Assembly: GCA_011109175.1 (NCBI GenBank)
Contig: RDEW01000018.1
Coordinates: 887,345 to 951,344 of the forward strand
DNA: 64,000 nucleotides
Direction: 5' to 3'
Source of the DNA: Dicyema japonicum
Taxonomy: Eukaryota > Animalia > Dicyemida
Positions 12,000-23,829 of the stretch are shown here, one piece after another (within the stretch, counting starts at the first letter, position 1; the number at the start of each line of letters is the position of its first letter). A program made the translations under genes and the position numbers. The notes below the pieces were generated by a model. It saw only the letters and a list, made by a program, of their open reading frames with translations, searched no databases and had not been told where the DNA came from.

Positions 12000-14335
12000 C
12001 AATGCATAGTAACTCTCCCACCTTCCGGGAACTTCAATGGTTAAATCCTTCACGAAAGAAGACAAGAGGCCGTGCATGACTGAAGAATCTAAATCCACAA
12101 ACGGAATGCCTATAAGGATATCCAACCCAGAACCAGATCCCATGACGAAGAAAGCTGAACCCACTAGTGAAATGAGAACGACCGACACCTTTATTACATA
12201 CTCTACTGTGCAGATCTTAGTCTACTCTGCTATGAGCGAGATTAAGATCGCTAACGTATTGCACCTGTACGACAAATCACGATATATGAGGATGAGCCAG
12301 AGAGGATCGGGAACCTTCCGGCTCGGATTCTACAGCAACTCTGACAAGATGGCCTTTATAGAAGCCGTGAACGATACTTGCCCCTTTGGACCGGACAGTC
12401 ATCGGTTCTGAATACTAACCACGAAGTCATCGGAGATTATAATAAAGAACCTGAAATGAGGACAGCGACCCTCTGAACTACCTCCAAGAGATGGCTCCAA
12501 CCACTAGTAAAGTTTCTCGAATATTAAGAAGAGGGCAGACGTTGCCAATGGCCAAGGCGTCAGTAGGGAACAAATCAGATGCCACATCGATAATCCGCTG
12601 CGTCTTTTCTATTTGAAAAAACGTGACCACTTGCGAATGGATGCGAAGAAGACCGTTGATCTGTTATCGCTGACGCAAATCGGGTAAGGAGAAATGTTTC
12701 CGATGTGCAGGGGAACTCGATATCTCCAAATGCAAAGTAGATCCAAGATCAAAAACAAATTGTGTCAACTATAGATCTCCTAAGCATGAGGCCAGATAGG
12801 GAGGGTCCACTGTGATATTAGAAACTAAAAGAACTGAGCAAAATCCTTAGTGTGGATTTAAGAAAGGTATGAAGATAGTTTCTGTGAATGCCCGATCCCT
12901 GAGGAAGAGGCATCATGATCTAACATTACTTTTGCCGGCCAGCAAGATTGACGCTCTGGTAGTCAACGAAACAAAAGAAAAATACCAACACTACTAAAAT
13001 GGGAGGATTCAACTCTATAGAAATACTCTGGGCGGAAGGCGCTGCAGCTGGTACGGGAACCACCCCTTTATACCGTGATGACTTTCAAGCACAGAACCCG
13101 AATATCATCTCGGCCACACAATGCGAATTCGTGTCCATTGAGATACGTTACTGTGGCTCGTGGATAAGTATCGGATTCTATATTCAAAAAGTATCACAAA
13201 CTGTTTTTCACAGATAATAGATTTTTTTGAAAAAAATGAAATGTCAATTTCAGTGGGCGACCTAAACGGCAAGAACGTAAGTTAGGAATATTATAAAAAT
13301 AATGGGGATGGACGAAGACTAAAAATTTTGGCTGATACTGCTGGGTTCAAGATCATGATATCGGATGAGCCCAACAATTTCTCTCACCATGGAGGAGAAA
13401 TGCTTGTTGTGTTTCTTATATCACCATCACTTTATACCCATGTGGAGAGACCAGGACTATGTGGGACATAGGCAGTGATCATATACCGCAGGAACTGGTC
13501 CTAGAACTATCTCCAGATGTCACTGAAGACGTGTTCATATAATACGACATTTCGCTAATTGACTGAAAACACTACCGGAATTACCTCACAAGGAACCTGC
13601 AACCAAAGGTGGACGCCAAAGATCCCTGGAGAATCTACAAAAGATTAACTGGCTAAAGGAACGAAGAAAGGAAGAAAGTCTTGAACAACCATGATTGGCT
13701 CACGCCCTACAGGAGAAGCCTCGATAATCTTCAAAAGACAATTAGACCAAATCCACGGAGTCAATTCAATTTTGTTGATCCCAGTGAAGTGAGGGAGGCA
13801 TCGCAAGAACTTTGTAACTATTCTCTGAACCACCTCAAGAATGACGAGATAAGAATCACCCTCGAGGATGTCATGGATGCAATCAGAATATGCACAGCAA
13901 ATGCTCCAGGCCATGACCACGTTTGCATGAGTATGTTCAAAGAAGGCCAAGAGGCCTTGCTGCTCGTCAGAAGATCTTCTGCACGCGCAAGTTGGCTGTC
14001 AATACGGAAATCTTCCTCTTCACGAGGATAATCCTACCGAAGCTATTGTATGGGTGGAAACATGGTATCTATCCACTAAGAAGGAAAGGAAATAATCACT
14101 GCTGGAGAAGTTTAGAAGATCTGCCATAAAGTTAGACCTGGGTAGGAGACTACGCGACGTCTTAAGCACCAAAAAAAAACAAGATACTTGTCCCAATGAA
14201 GGAAATAGTGGAAAACAGGATTTGTGGATTCATATGTAAGAACGCATACTAATGATGGAGATGGGGGACGTCAGAAGTGTCCAGGCTGCAAAGGCGTACT
14301 AGATAGAACACTGATACCTAACTTATAATCCGGAT
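12000..14335 (+). mobile_element. Jockey-like LINE (gag-like ORF1 plus APE-RT ORF2), degenerate and internally deleted
   Basis: CFRC knuckle remnant near 12700; MKIVSVNARSL, VGDLNGK, GSDH APE motifs; NAPGHDHV RT start, then a jump to the C-terminal region. Confidence 0.7.
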
Positions 14336-15159
14336 TTGTAATAAAGTTTTTCAGTTTTTTAATATGAGGTTCTCTCACAACTTACCCGAAAGAAGAGCTA
14401 TTGTATCCACCATATGTATCTCAAACTTAAAAAACGAAGGTCCGGAGACTTCAGAAAATCGTTGAATATCCCGTACTGTGCACACGTGGTCCAGTCAAGC
14501 TTTGGGGCATCAGCTATTACCATCCAAAACTGTTATCAGGGAGATACCAGTCTAATCATGACCGCTACTTCACTACTTCCAAAAACTAAGCTGTGAAGTC
14601 CATAAAACTTAAGCTCAGAGAAAATCCGAAAAATCGTCGAGTCTTTTGCCACTATTATTGAACACACGTGGGGTAAAGTATACCAGTCATGCATTGAAGC
14701 TTTTTGCCATTTCATTCCAAAAGTAAGTGATCTCTGTTGCGATCGCTGAGGAAACTCAACGTCGATTATGTCGGCGAAATCATTTTTGATTGATTTTTTT
14801 GTGTTTATAAGATGTAAAGCAAAAGAAGTCTTGATTGATATATACAACTCTATCAACTCTTATGTATTCACAAACAACAAAATGCACTCAATAAATATTC
14901 TGAATGTGATGGACCTTTCTTGTTACTAAATAAGCGGATATCGCAATACCTCATTATGTCCCCACACATAGGCATATTGCTTTAACGCTCCACATTTTTT
15001 GATAATCCCATATATACCTGAAATAGGTTTTATCCAGTTCCCCAAGTTCAAAGTAGACGTATTATTTCTAAATATTATTCTTCTATCCGCCATTTTGGAA
15101 AACCCTCGAGTTGTATGACATATATGTATCGGAGTGGTAATCGACCCCACAGATAAATT

Positions 15160-15745
15160 TTTATTTAACACCCAAGACCACGGTAAAACCAAACTAACCA
15201 TCACGTGATCCCGATGCGTTCCACCAAAATCCTCATCCTTTCCCGGTGCTCCTCCTTCGTACCCACACAAGCTAGTACTGGGAGGCTGACTGTATTTGCA
15301 GAGCCACCTTCCCACATGCCGGAGTTTAGTTTTATGAAAGCCTCCAGAGTAGTCGGTCCGGTTCTGTGTCTCCCACAAGTCCACCGCTCCGTGACTCTGA
15401 AAGCCTTCTTTTGCACGTCCTCGATTTTCTTAGTATTAGTCCATGATAATGAAGGTCTTCACCAAGCACAAGCGTACGGGAAGCATGGTTCAATGTATTG
15501 TTTGTAAATATTCATCAAGACCGGGTGGGTACCGGTCTTCCATATTCCAGATAAACATTTCAATAGATTGATTTTCTTCTCGCACTTCAGAACAATGTTT
15601 GCCACGTGTGGTGACCAACATAAGTGCGTATCCAGTGTCACGCCCAGGATCTTCTGACATTTGCTGAAGGGGATTTCAACGTTGTCCAATTTTAAGGTGA
15701 CAGTCTTCGTCCCCAACCTTTTGTCCGAAGATAAATGCGACTCTT
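15160..15745 (-). mobile_element. 3' end of I-group LINE (ATCACGTGAT-tail family)
   Basis: KILGVTLDTHL.WSPHV...LKCLSGIWKTG; ORF stops within atcacgTGA, then the conserved accgtggtcttgggtgttaaataaa tail. Confidence 0.8.
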
Positions 15746-15789
15746 TAATATAAACACAGAACCATGATGCGAGAGAACTGTAATATTTT

Positions 15790-16370
15790 ATTTATTATTT
15801 AATAATATTAAAAAATACACTAATCACAAATTTTATTAATCCTTTCAAATTTATCAATCACATCATTAATACAAGCATTAAGCCTTTCACCATAATCCTT
15901 ACATCTCTAAACAACTGTTCCATTACACCTTTGTCTGTCCCCCTAAAATCAATAAAATACAAACTGGCTGTATAATTATCATCTCAATAATAATCCAAAT
16001 AACGGTTGAACCCTTCATTCCTCAATTTCTGCTAAGCCTAAATATGCCCACCATAACTCAACCTGACTAGCATAATCATTAGATGACTCTCCAACCGAGA
16101 TAACAATGCATTGGAAAGAGCCTATCATAGTTTTACCACCAAAATCAAGTTCCATTATAACTTTCACACAGAATGGCAAACTTCCTATCGAATGACCCAA
16201 GAATCGCACGATGAATGATGACTGGTCGCTCAAATTCTTGCTTATCACTAAATAATATCACATAAATCTCAATGACCACGATTATTTAATCTTACATTGT
16301 ATACACAAGTTAGAATTGCTCAGGAAGTTAAAAGTCAAGTTTTATGGTACCACGCTAATGAGGTTTTCCT
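15790..16370 (-). pseudogene. TARS1: threonyl-tRNA synthetase C-terminal pseudogene fragment
   Basis: GTIKLDF*LPEQF*LVYT / [23 protein letters not shown] / FQCIVISVGESSNDYASQ match eukaryotic ThrRS motif 3 and the anticodon-binding domain; several stops; intron-like GT-AG interruptions. Confidence 0.8.
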
Positions 16371-16459
16371 GGGGATTCGTGAATAAACATATCAATCTTT
16401 ACTGACACAGCAACATAACATTACATATCATCTTACTGACACAGCAACATTACTTACTA

Positions 16460-16640
16460 AGGGTGAGTAAAGAGTGTCAGGCAAAAGGCCTGATGGCTTC
16501 TAGTTCGAATCTCGCTGCTTTACATTCAGGCTGAGGTCTTACGTATCTACGTTGTTTGGTTTAAAGAGTGACGCCGTCATCAGTGAACATCTCACTTCGG
16601 AACCTGGTCGTCTAAAAAAGGACTCACACTCATCAAAAAG
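16460..16640 (+). mobile_element. tRNA-derived SINE (second copy)
   Basis: gttcgaatctcgctgct B box and gagtgacgccgtcat.agtgaa core shared with 10464-10663. Confidence 0.7.
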
Positions 16641-17029
16641 TTTATCTTCTGTTCCTTTTGTAACCTCTCTGAGTTGACAGCAAATCACCCTTTTTGAATG
16701 TCCCGAGTTTGTAAAATGTTCTTCTACAATGCCAAGACTGTCCGATCTATGGCAGCCACCGGCATTGGCAGCGCCCTACTTAATAGCCAGCGATCTTCTA
16801 CATATTAATGAGACCGGGGTTACTTAACTGACTATTTATATTTTGTGTAACCTCATTTACTTTGATCAATTCACCGGACCATTAGACCAACTACTTTTAC
16901 TTTCCACAATTAAGAGAATGGGTAGTTCACTTTAGACATCCCAGTTTTCTCTTCCTATAATTTACTGTCGCATGCCATCGCGTCCGCCGGTGCCATAATG
17001 TCAAGCCAAAGTCATAAGCTTGTTTAATT

Positions 17030-17200
17030 TATTTATTTAACACCCAAGACCACGGTAAAACCAAAACTAACTATCACGTGATCCAGATGCCCTCCGCCAA
17101 AATCCTCATTCTTTCCCGGTGCTCCTCCCTCGTACCTACACAAGCTCGTACTGGACGGCTGACTGTATTTGCAGGGCCACCTTCCCGCATGCCGGACTTA
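17030..17200 (-). mobile_element. 3' end of I-group LINE (ATCACGTGAT-tail family)
   Basis: Highly similar to 15160-15330. Confidence 0.75.
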
Positions 17201-17204
17201 TCCG

Positions 17205-17690
17205 TACCTCGGTGCTAGTCAAGCACAATAAACCGGACATTGTGGTACACGATAAGGAGTCTGGCCAAGTCCTTATCATAGAGGTTGGCATCACGTCTCA
17301 AGACCGTTTGCAGACTGTGGAGGTGGAGAAAAAAAGGAAGTATGACTTTCTTGCAAACGAGATGGGGCAGAGATGCTTGGTTGCAAGGTCCTCGTATTCC
17401 TATAGTAATGACGTGGGAAGGAATTGCAACAAAGTACCACAAGGGTTATCTGAAGCAGTTGGGGGTAGATAGTTAGCTCCAGGCCTATCTACAGTCCACT
17501 GTGTTAAAGCGGACCCTAGAGAGCCTGACACTGGAGTATAGGAGGCAGAGCCCTGAGATGCCATATGGGCAGAGGGTTCAATTAGACAAAGCGCTCTCGG
17601 AGTTGTTTCAGCAACCAGAATCGAACCTGCCTGAGGAGGCTGGCGAACAGGCAGGCGAGGAAGGTTGTTGATTAATAAAATATATTAACT
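17205..17690 (+). mobile_element. 3' end of R4/Dong-like RLE retrotransposon
   Basis: HNKPDIVVHDK...LIIEVGITSQDRLQTVEVEKKRKYDFLANE (PD..D..EV RLE) and IPIVMTWEGIATKYHK; paralogous to 57660-58096. Confidence 0.85.
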
Positions 17691-17719
17691 TTTTAATTTT
17701 TTTTTTTAATATATTATTT

Positions 17720-18690
17720 TTGGACGACGACGATTATTTGAGGATTGGAATCGGACAAAGGCTGGGACTAGACGTTTGCCAGGAGCACCGATGCCGATGC
17801 GGAAAAACAGTCGATGCGAAGGAATTGCACCCGCTGTCCTGCAGAAGAAGCGCCGGAAGAGGACCACATCATGTTGCTCTGAACGATGTGATCGTTAGAG
17901 CTCTGAAGGCTACAGGCTTCCCAGCACAGCTTGAACCAGTGGGTCTTGATCGAGGAGATGGAAAGAGACCTGACGGGATGGCCCTTTTCCCCTTCACGTC
18001 TGGAAGATCTTTGGTCTGGGACGCAACTTGTGTAGACATGTTTTCAAGCACGAACATTTTCAAATCGGTTCAGACACCTGGAGCAGCTCCTTCGACTGCG
18101 GAGAACCTAAAACTTAAGAAATATTCTTGCCTCGGGGACCGCTACCGATTTACTCCTGTTGCGACCGAATCATTGGGAGCCGTTGGTCCGGTAACCGGTT
18201 ATTTCATCGCGAGGNCATGATGTGATTCGTCAGAGCTCTGAAGGCTTCAGGCTTCCCAGCACAGCTTGAACCAGTGGGTCTTGATCGAGGAGATGGGAAG
18301 AGACCTGACGGGATGACCCTTTTCCCCTTCACGTCTGGAAGATCTTTGGTCTGGGACGCAACTTGCATAGACACGTTCTCAAGCACGAACATTTTTAAAT
18401 CTGTTCAGACACCTGGAGCAGCTGCTTCGACGCGGAAAACCTAAAAATCAAGAAATATTCTTGCCTCGGGATCGCTACCGATTTACTCCTGTTGCGACCG
18501 AATCATCGGGAGCCGTTGGTCCAATGACGGCTGAATTCTTGCAAGAACTCGGAGGATTGCTTGCCAGAAAGAAAAGGGATCAACGAGAAGGGTTATGGCT
18601 AAGACAAAAGATTGGAATAGCCATACTCCGAGGGAACTCGTTCGCAATCCACGCAGCAGGCTTCCTCAACTGACATTTGTTTAATTGTTA
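17720..18690 (+). mobile_element. CRE-like RLE fragments (two overlapping copies joined at an ambiguous base near 18220)
   Basis: CQEHRCRCG...HPLSCRRSAGR..HH...KRPDGMALFP...WDATCVD; the second copy ends WLRQKIGIAILRGN. Confidence 0.8.
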
Positions 18691-18759
18691 AAAAAAATTT
18701 TGTTAATAAAAAAATTAAAAAAAATAAATATAAAATATTTTAGTTTTTTACGCCTCGGA

Positions 18760-19750
18760 GGAACGGGTCTCAGGTCGGCGCTGGAGATCGCCTATCCAGC
18801 ATATGTGTCATCGCTCTCAAGTGGAAGCCTTTTGGTCCAAGAAATCCTACGTATTACAACCGGACTCTCTTGGGAAAAAGTCTTCGACGAAGCTCGTTGC
18901 GAATGGTGTGAAACTGGTTTGGATATGCCGAACGATCCTTAGAGGCAACGTGACTGGGATGATATTTACTCCAAGAATATCTTCGACGTGATAAATCTGA
19001 AGCCAACCAGCATCGTCTTGCATGCCTCGTGTCCGCCGCCAACCATGGGAGCGGAGCGTGGCTGGATGCACTCCCGTCTTCCTCCCTGGGGACCCTATTG
19101 GACGATGACTGTATTCGGATTGGAATCGCACAACGCTTGGGAGCTGATGTTTGCGTCGAACACCAATGTCGCTGTGGAGGGATCGTCGATGCCAAAGGGC
19201 TGCACCCGCTCTCGTGCAAAAGGAGTGCGGGCAGAGCACCCCGTCATGCTGCTATGAACAACATTGTCTTGCGAGCTCTTGAAGCGGCAGGCTTCCCGGC
19301 AGTACTGGAACCTGTGGGATTGGACCGCGGAGATGGGAAAAGACCGGATGGGTTAACTATCTTTCCGTTCACTGAGGGAAAATCGCTCGTATGGGACTGC
19401 ACTGTTGTGGATTCTTTCTCGAACTCGATGATGCTCAGCTCGGCGCAGTCTGCTGGATCGGCAGCCGATCTGGCCGAAAAAATCAAGATTAAAAAATATG
19501 GCGAAATTGGAGACCGCTACCGTTTTGTACCGGTAGCAATCGAGACGTCTGGTGCGGCTGGAAGTATTACAGCCTCTTTCCTAAAGGAAATCGGGGGAAA
19601 ATTGGCCCACCGCAAGAAAGACGTGCGGGAAGCGGTCTGGCTGAGGCAAAGAATTGGTATCGCAGTTATTCGCGGAAACGCTTACTCCGTGATGTCAGCA
19701 GCCGCTCTCCCATAGTTAATAAATAATATTTTATTGTTAATAAATTTTTG
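18760..19750 (+). mobile_element. 5'-truncated CRE-like non-LTR retrotransposon
   Basis: RLGGTGLRS...; ORF 19029-19715 with GAWLDALP, CCHC-type CRCGG..D..GLHPLSC, RPDG..WDCTVVD RLE. Confidence 0.9.
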
Positions 19751-19789
19751 ATATAAAAAAAAAGTTTATATTTTTAAATTATTTTTTAC

Positions 19790-20565
19790 GTGCATTCGAT
19801 ATTTTCTTTTTCAGAATTCCAATGTCTTCTGACTCTTGAATCTGACAATGATGTTCTACTTTCCTATGCGGATGATATTGTGTTGGCTTCGCGAGATCAG
19901 GACATCCAGAAGGCCACAGAGAAAATACAAAATAACCTGGACAGGCATAATGCCTGGATAATGGTAAACCGGCTCGTAGTAAATGCAGAAGTCGTCTACC
20001 TCACTATACCTCTGACAAAAAATTGGGAAGGAAGACAGTCACCTTGAAGTTAAACAAGGTCGGCATTCCTTTCAACAGATGTCAAAGGATCTTGGGTGTG
20101 ACAATTGATATGCATCTCTGTTTGACACGTAGAAAACATTCTATTGAAATGTGAGAAGAAACTGAACGTATTGAATAGTTTATCGGGAATATGGAAGAGT
20201 GGTACTCACTCAGTCTTGATGAACGTGTACAACCAGTACATCGAGCCATGTTTCTCATATGCATGCGCCTCGTGGGTAGCGTCCATATCATGGATAAATA
20301 TGAGGAAATGCAAAAAAGGCTTACAGAGTAACGGAGCGTTGGATTTGTGAAGATCACCGAAGCGGACCTACGCCTCTTGAGGCCCTTATGAGACTGGACT
20401 CCAGATCACGGGATTGTGGCCCTGAAAATTCAGGCAGCTGTCCTATACGTTCATGCGCCGGCACGAAGGAAGAACACCGGGCAAAGATGAGGTCTCTGTT
20501 AGAATGTATCAGGATCACGTGATAATTAGCTTGTTTTACCGTGGTCTTGGGTTAATAAATAAAAT
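19790..20565 (+). mobile_element. 3' part of I-group LINE (ATCACGTGAT-tail family)
   Basis: SYADDIVL RT motif, LNSLSGIWKSGTHSVL, and tail ggatcacgtgat...accgtggtcttgggttaataaata. Confidence 0.8.
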
Positions 20566-20639
20566 GTCTTCCTTGATAGTTCCACAGTCAGACTAATTTA
20601 TACACTCCTAACTGATAATTACTTGAATGTGAGGATCAG

Positions 20640-20830
20640 GGAAACCTGTTCAAGATGATTCAAGACATCAATGGGCACTCCAAGGAGATCCACTATTCCC
20701 TATTTTGGTTGTCACCTAGAGGCAGATCTTCGGGATCTTGAGCCGCTCCTTGTAGGGGAAACGAGCACAATAGCATATGCAGACTACGTGTCTTCATTTC
20801 AAATGATAAAGAAGCATTACTCTTTTATTG
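20640..20830 (+). mobile_element. RTE-like RT fragment
   Basis: QGDPLFPIL...LEADLRDL...IAYAD remnants. Confidence 0.45.
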
Positions 20831-21507
20831 AAAGAAATACCATTTTTTAAGACACTTGCAGGAAAAAATCCATCCAAGAGCCCTATTTTTGCATCCCTCA
20901 ATATCAAAAACTATCTCCTCCATAGAAATCGTTACAGAGAAAGGCCCCTCCACAAGCAAGGATGACTCTCCTTCAAGAAAATCACTTTGGGAATAATCAA
21001 CAGATGATCCAATTCTTTTACCTCTGCAAGTTGTTATCTTAAGGCATCAGGCACTTATTTCGGATTCGAGAACCGTCTCGAGATTTCTCATCCAAGAATT
21101 CATGTTCATCATCTCTTTTCCTTCCTTGGTTTTTGCACACCAAAGGTACTGAGAAGGGTAAGGCTTTATAAGTCCAGAAACTTTCTTTCCCGTACTTTCT
21201 TTCACAAGCCTGTTGTTGAGATCCTCCATGTTAGGTCATATGTCCGTTGCCCACCATAAATTATGTCCGTTATCTCGTTAAGGTCAGCAAGGAGATGCAA
21301 GGAAATTTAATTGGCTATCAATCCATTAAGCACGTCAACTCTAACCAATTTGAACGGGATCTTCAGAGTAGGAACCCTAGCATCCTGTTGTATAGAGTTT
21401 ACCTCCTTGATTTGAAAATTCAAATTTCAAAATATTTCCATAAACAGTAAAGCTCCTCCTAACCGTCAGTTTTTACCGAGAATCCCGAAATCATGAGGCA
21501 AACTCAT

Positions 21508-21774
21508 TTATTTATTAACCCCGGATACACCGAGAAAGAAGTTAAAGTAAAAAACTAGTTAAGTGTATCCAGTTTCCACTTCTACAGAAACAGAGTCCAT
21601 CCGAAATCAACATAAAAGGTAAGACGTCCATTACATGCAGCTGTGGAAACCCCTCCAGTGGAGTGGGGAAGAGAAATGATCCTTTTTCGTGCCGGCCTGG
21701 CACTGGGCGTCACCTAGACAGGTGGATCACATGACGCCACTCTAATAGGAAGAGAGAGGAGGAACAGACAAGCA
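21508..21774 (-). mobile_element. short retroposed element (SINE-like) with 12-bp TSD and structured body
   Basis: Direct repeat aggcaaactcat at 21496-21507 and 21775-21786; taataaataa tail; several hairpins. Confidence 0.65.
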
Positions 21775-22396
21775 AGGCAAACTCATGCTACCAGTTTTCT
21801 TAACCGCCAACTTTTTTAAAGATCAATCAAAATTTATTTTTAATATTTTATTTATTATATTTGAGTTTTTGCAACAAAGAAAATGGACTTACTAATGATG
21901 AACAATGTTGAAAATTATAATGATTTTGTTTTAAGCTCCAATTTACTGGATCCAATGGAAGAAGAGGATTTTTAAATATCTAATTTAGAGAAGACATTAT
22001 TTTATAAAAAATTGAAACAGAAACGGTTGAATTGACAAATAAACGTAATGAATTTAATATGCGCCCAGAAATACTTGATAATTCTTTAAATCTTGAGGGG
22101 AGGTTGAAGAGAAAATGTTGTCGGGCTCTTTAGGTGTTAAAAAAATATTTTAAACATCCTGAATGATTTAAATTGATAGAGGGTTTAAATCAAATTTTTT
22201 AGCGTTGAAAAAAGGCCTTAGTTTATGATAAAATAAATATTACTTTATCACTCCTTGTTTTTACTTTTGTAAACGATAAACAATATTATAATATTTTTAA
22301 ACAAAAACCGTCAAAATTATTTCACGTTACAAATTTACTAAAACAAAAAATAACTAATTCCACAAAATAACCCCCAAATAATAAGCAATAAATTTA

Positions 22397-23747
22397 TTAA
22401 ATCTCAATATTTCTCCTAATAGCATCAATTCTCTTCTGTCTGATCTCATCCAAAGTGAGCTCCCTCTTAGAACACGACGAACTGGCATAACCTCACCCTA
22501 ACCTGTACTCACTCATCCTCACCGCAGCAGTATTCAACAGCACATTCACATCACACAGACTGTTTATTCGACTCACTGTAGCCTTCCTCATATCAGTCTC
22601 CAATATCTTCAGCTCCTCATCACTCAGCAAGGACAACACATCATCAAACACAGGACGATAAGTGAACTGTTGCAGCGGGGACAATCTTACAACACCAATT
22701 TGAGCTCGACACGTGGGACAAGTCTGCTGTTGCCGAAACCACAGTTTAATACATTCAACATGGAACACGTGTCCACACTCCATCTTTCTAGAATTCCCCA
22801 AAACCATCGACTCCCGACAAATAAGGCACATGTCCTGATGGGACAAATCATCGGTCTTCACGTCAAACCGTCTGAAATGATCCGCCAATCAACCTGTCAG
22901 TGAGAATCCTCTCGAACACTGCCGAAATGTACAGACTGCGGAACATGCGAATAACCACCCTGGAATAAGTCTGGGAAAAACTGGGAATAATCGAAGGCTC
23001 GCCTCAGCATGTGGAGGAACAGGAAGGGCTGCTGATAGAGGGACAATACATACGGCATTATTACCACCAGTTTTGCGAGATCTGTGTTAATCTATCACTT
23101 ACTGGTAACAAAGTCAGTGATGACGGTCGCAAAATCAAAGATAAATGAAAATGCCCTTATTGCCAGTCGGAATAGGTCTATCGTCAATAACAAAGTCTCC
23201 AACGTCAGAATAAATGTCTCCGACTTCAGAAAGAGCACAACGTAGAGGTCCACCACCAACAAAATGAGAAACAGGACTGCTGAGTCCACACATTACCAAA
23301 TAATCGTAGTTTGAAAACCCACGGGACTCTCCCCATTCGCTGAAGACTTTCCACTTTGATCTCCAACAGCCAATGTAGCACGTGCAAGGAAATCAGTCCC
23401 CCATAAAGAGCAAATGACCCCTGACTCAGGACTGAGAGGAGAATCCCCAACTCCAAACACAACATGACTGTTTTGTCCCTCAGTGTCTGCAATAAGTAAA
23501 ATACTGACTTGAATCTCATCAGATAAGAGTCTCCCAACGAGGAGGTTGGAGAAGATCTTCATACATTCATACATTAAGATAAGTCCCTGTGCGCTAAGTA
23601 TCTGTGGATTAGTTAAGAGACAACCAGTAGTATAATTTTGGATTTGAATAAGTAGTTCACTGAAGTAAAGAAGTCTCTGTGGACGAAAAAACTGTATAAT
23701 ACGCAGAAAGTGGTTATTATTAAGGATGACACAAGTACCGACGACAT
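22397..23747 (-). CDS. HRD1: ERAD E3 ubiquitin ligase HRD1/synoviolin (7 introns of 20-23 nt)
   Basis: Removing introns 23602-23624, 23487-23508, 23277-23296, 23082-23102, 22981-23002 (GC-AG), 22872-22893 and 22482-22502 gives one ORF with an HRD1-like TM N-terminus and RING-H2 CLICRES...CGHVFHVECIKLWFRQQQTCPTCR. Confidence 0.9.
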
Positions 23748-23829
23748 ACGTAATACACTTTTATTTTTGAGTTTAAATTAATTTTATTAAAAAACAAGAA
23801 AATTTATTAATTTATAATTATTTATCCCC

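Noticed and set aside
14536-14856. BTB/KCTD-like gene (DSTIFR...ELKFYGLHSLV)
   Set aside because: The similarity is limited to a few residues and no consistent spliced ORF could be built.
15790-16370. Alternative nuclear code (TAA/TAG=Gln or TGA=Trp) suggested by ThrRS stops and the UCA-like tRNA loop
   Set aside because: Spliced HRD1 and the decoded parts of RSL1D1, the RhoGAP and GPR89 have no in-frame stops, use CAA/CAG and TGG, and end in TAA or TGA before AT-rich UTRs.
17880-18520. Tandem duplication of a CRE-like fragment as a real event
   Set aside because: The two near-identical copies meet at an ambiguous base (X in the ORF track near 18220), typical of a contig join with overlapping ends.
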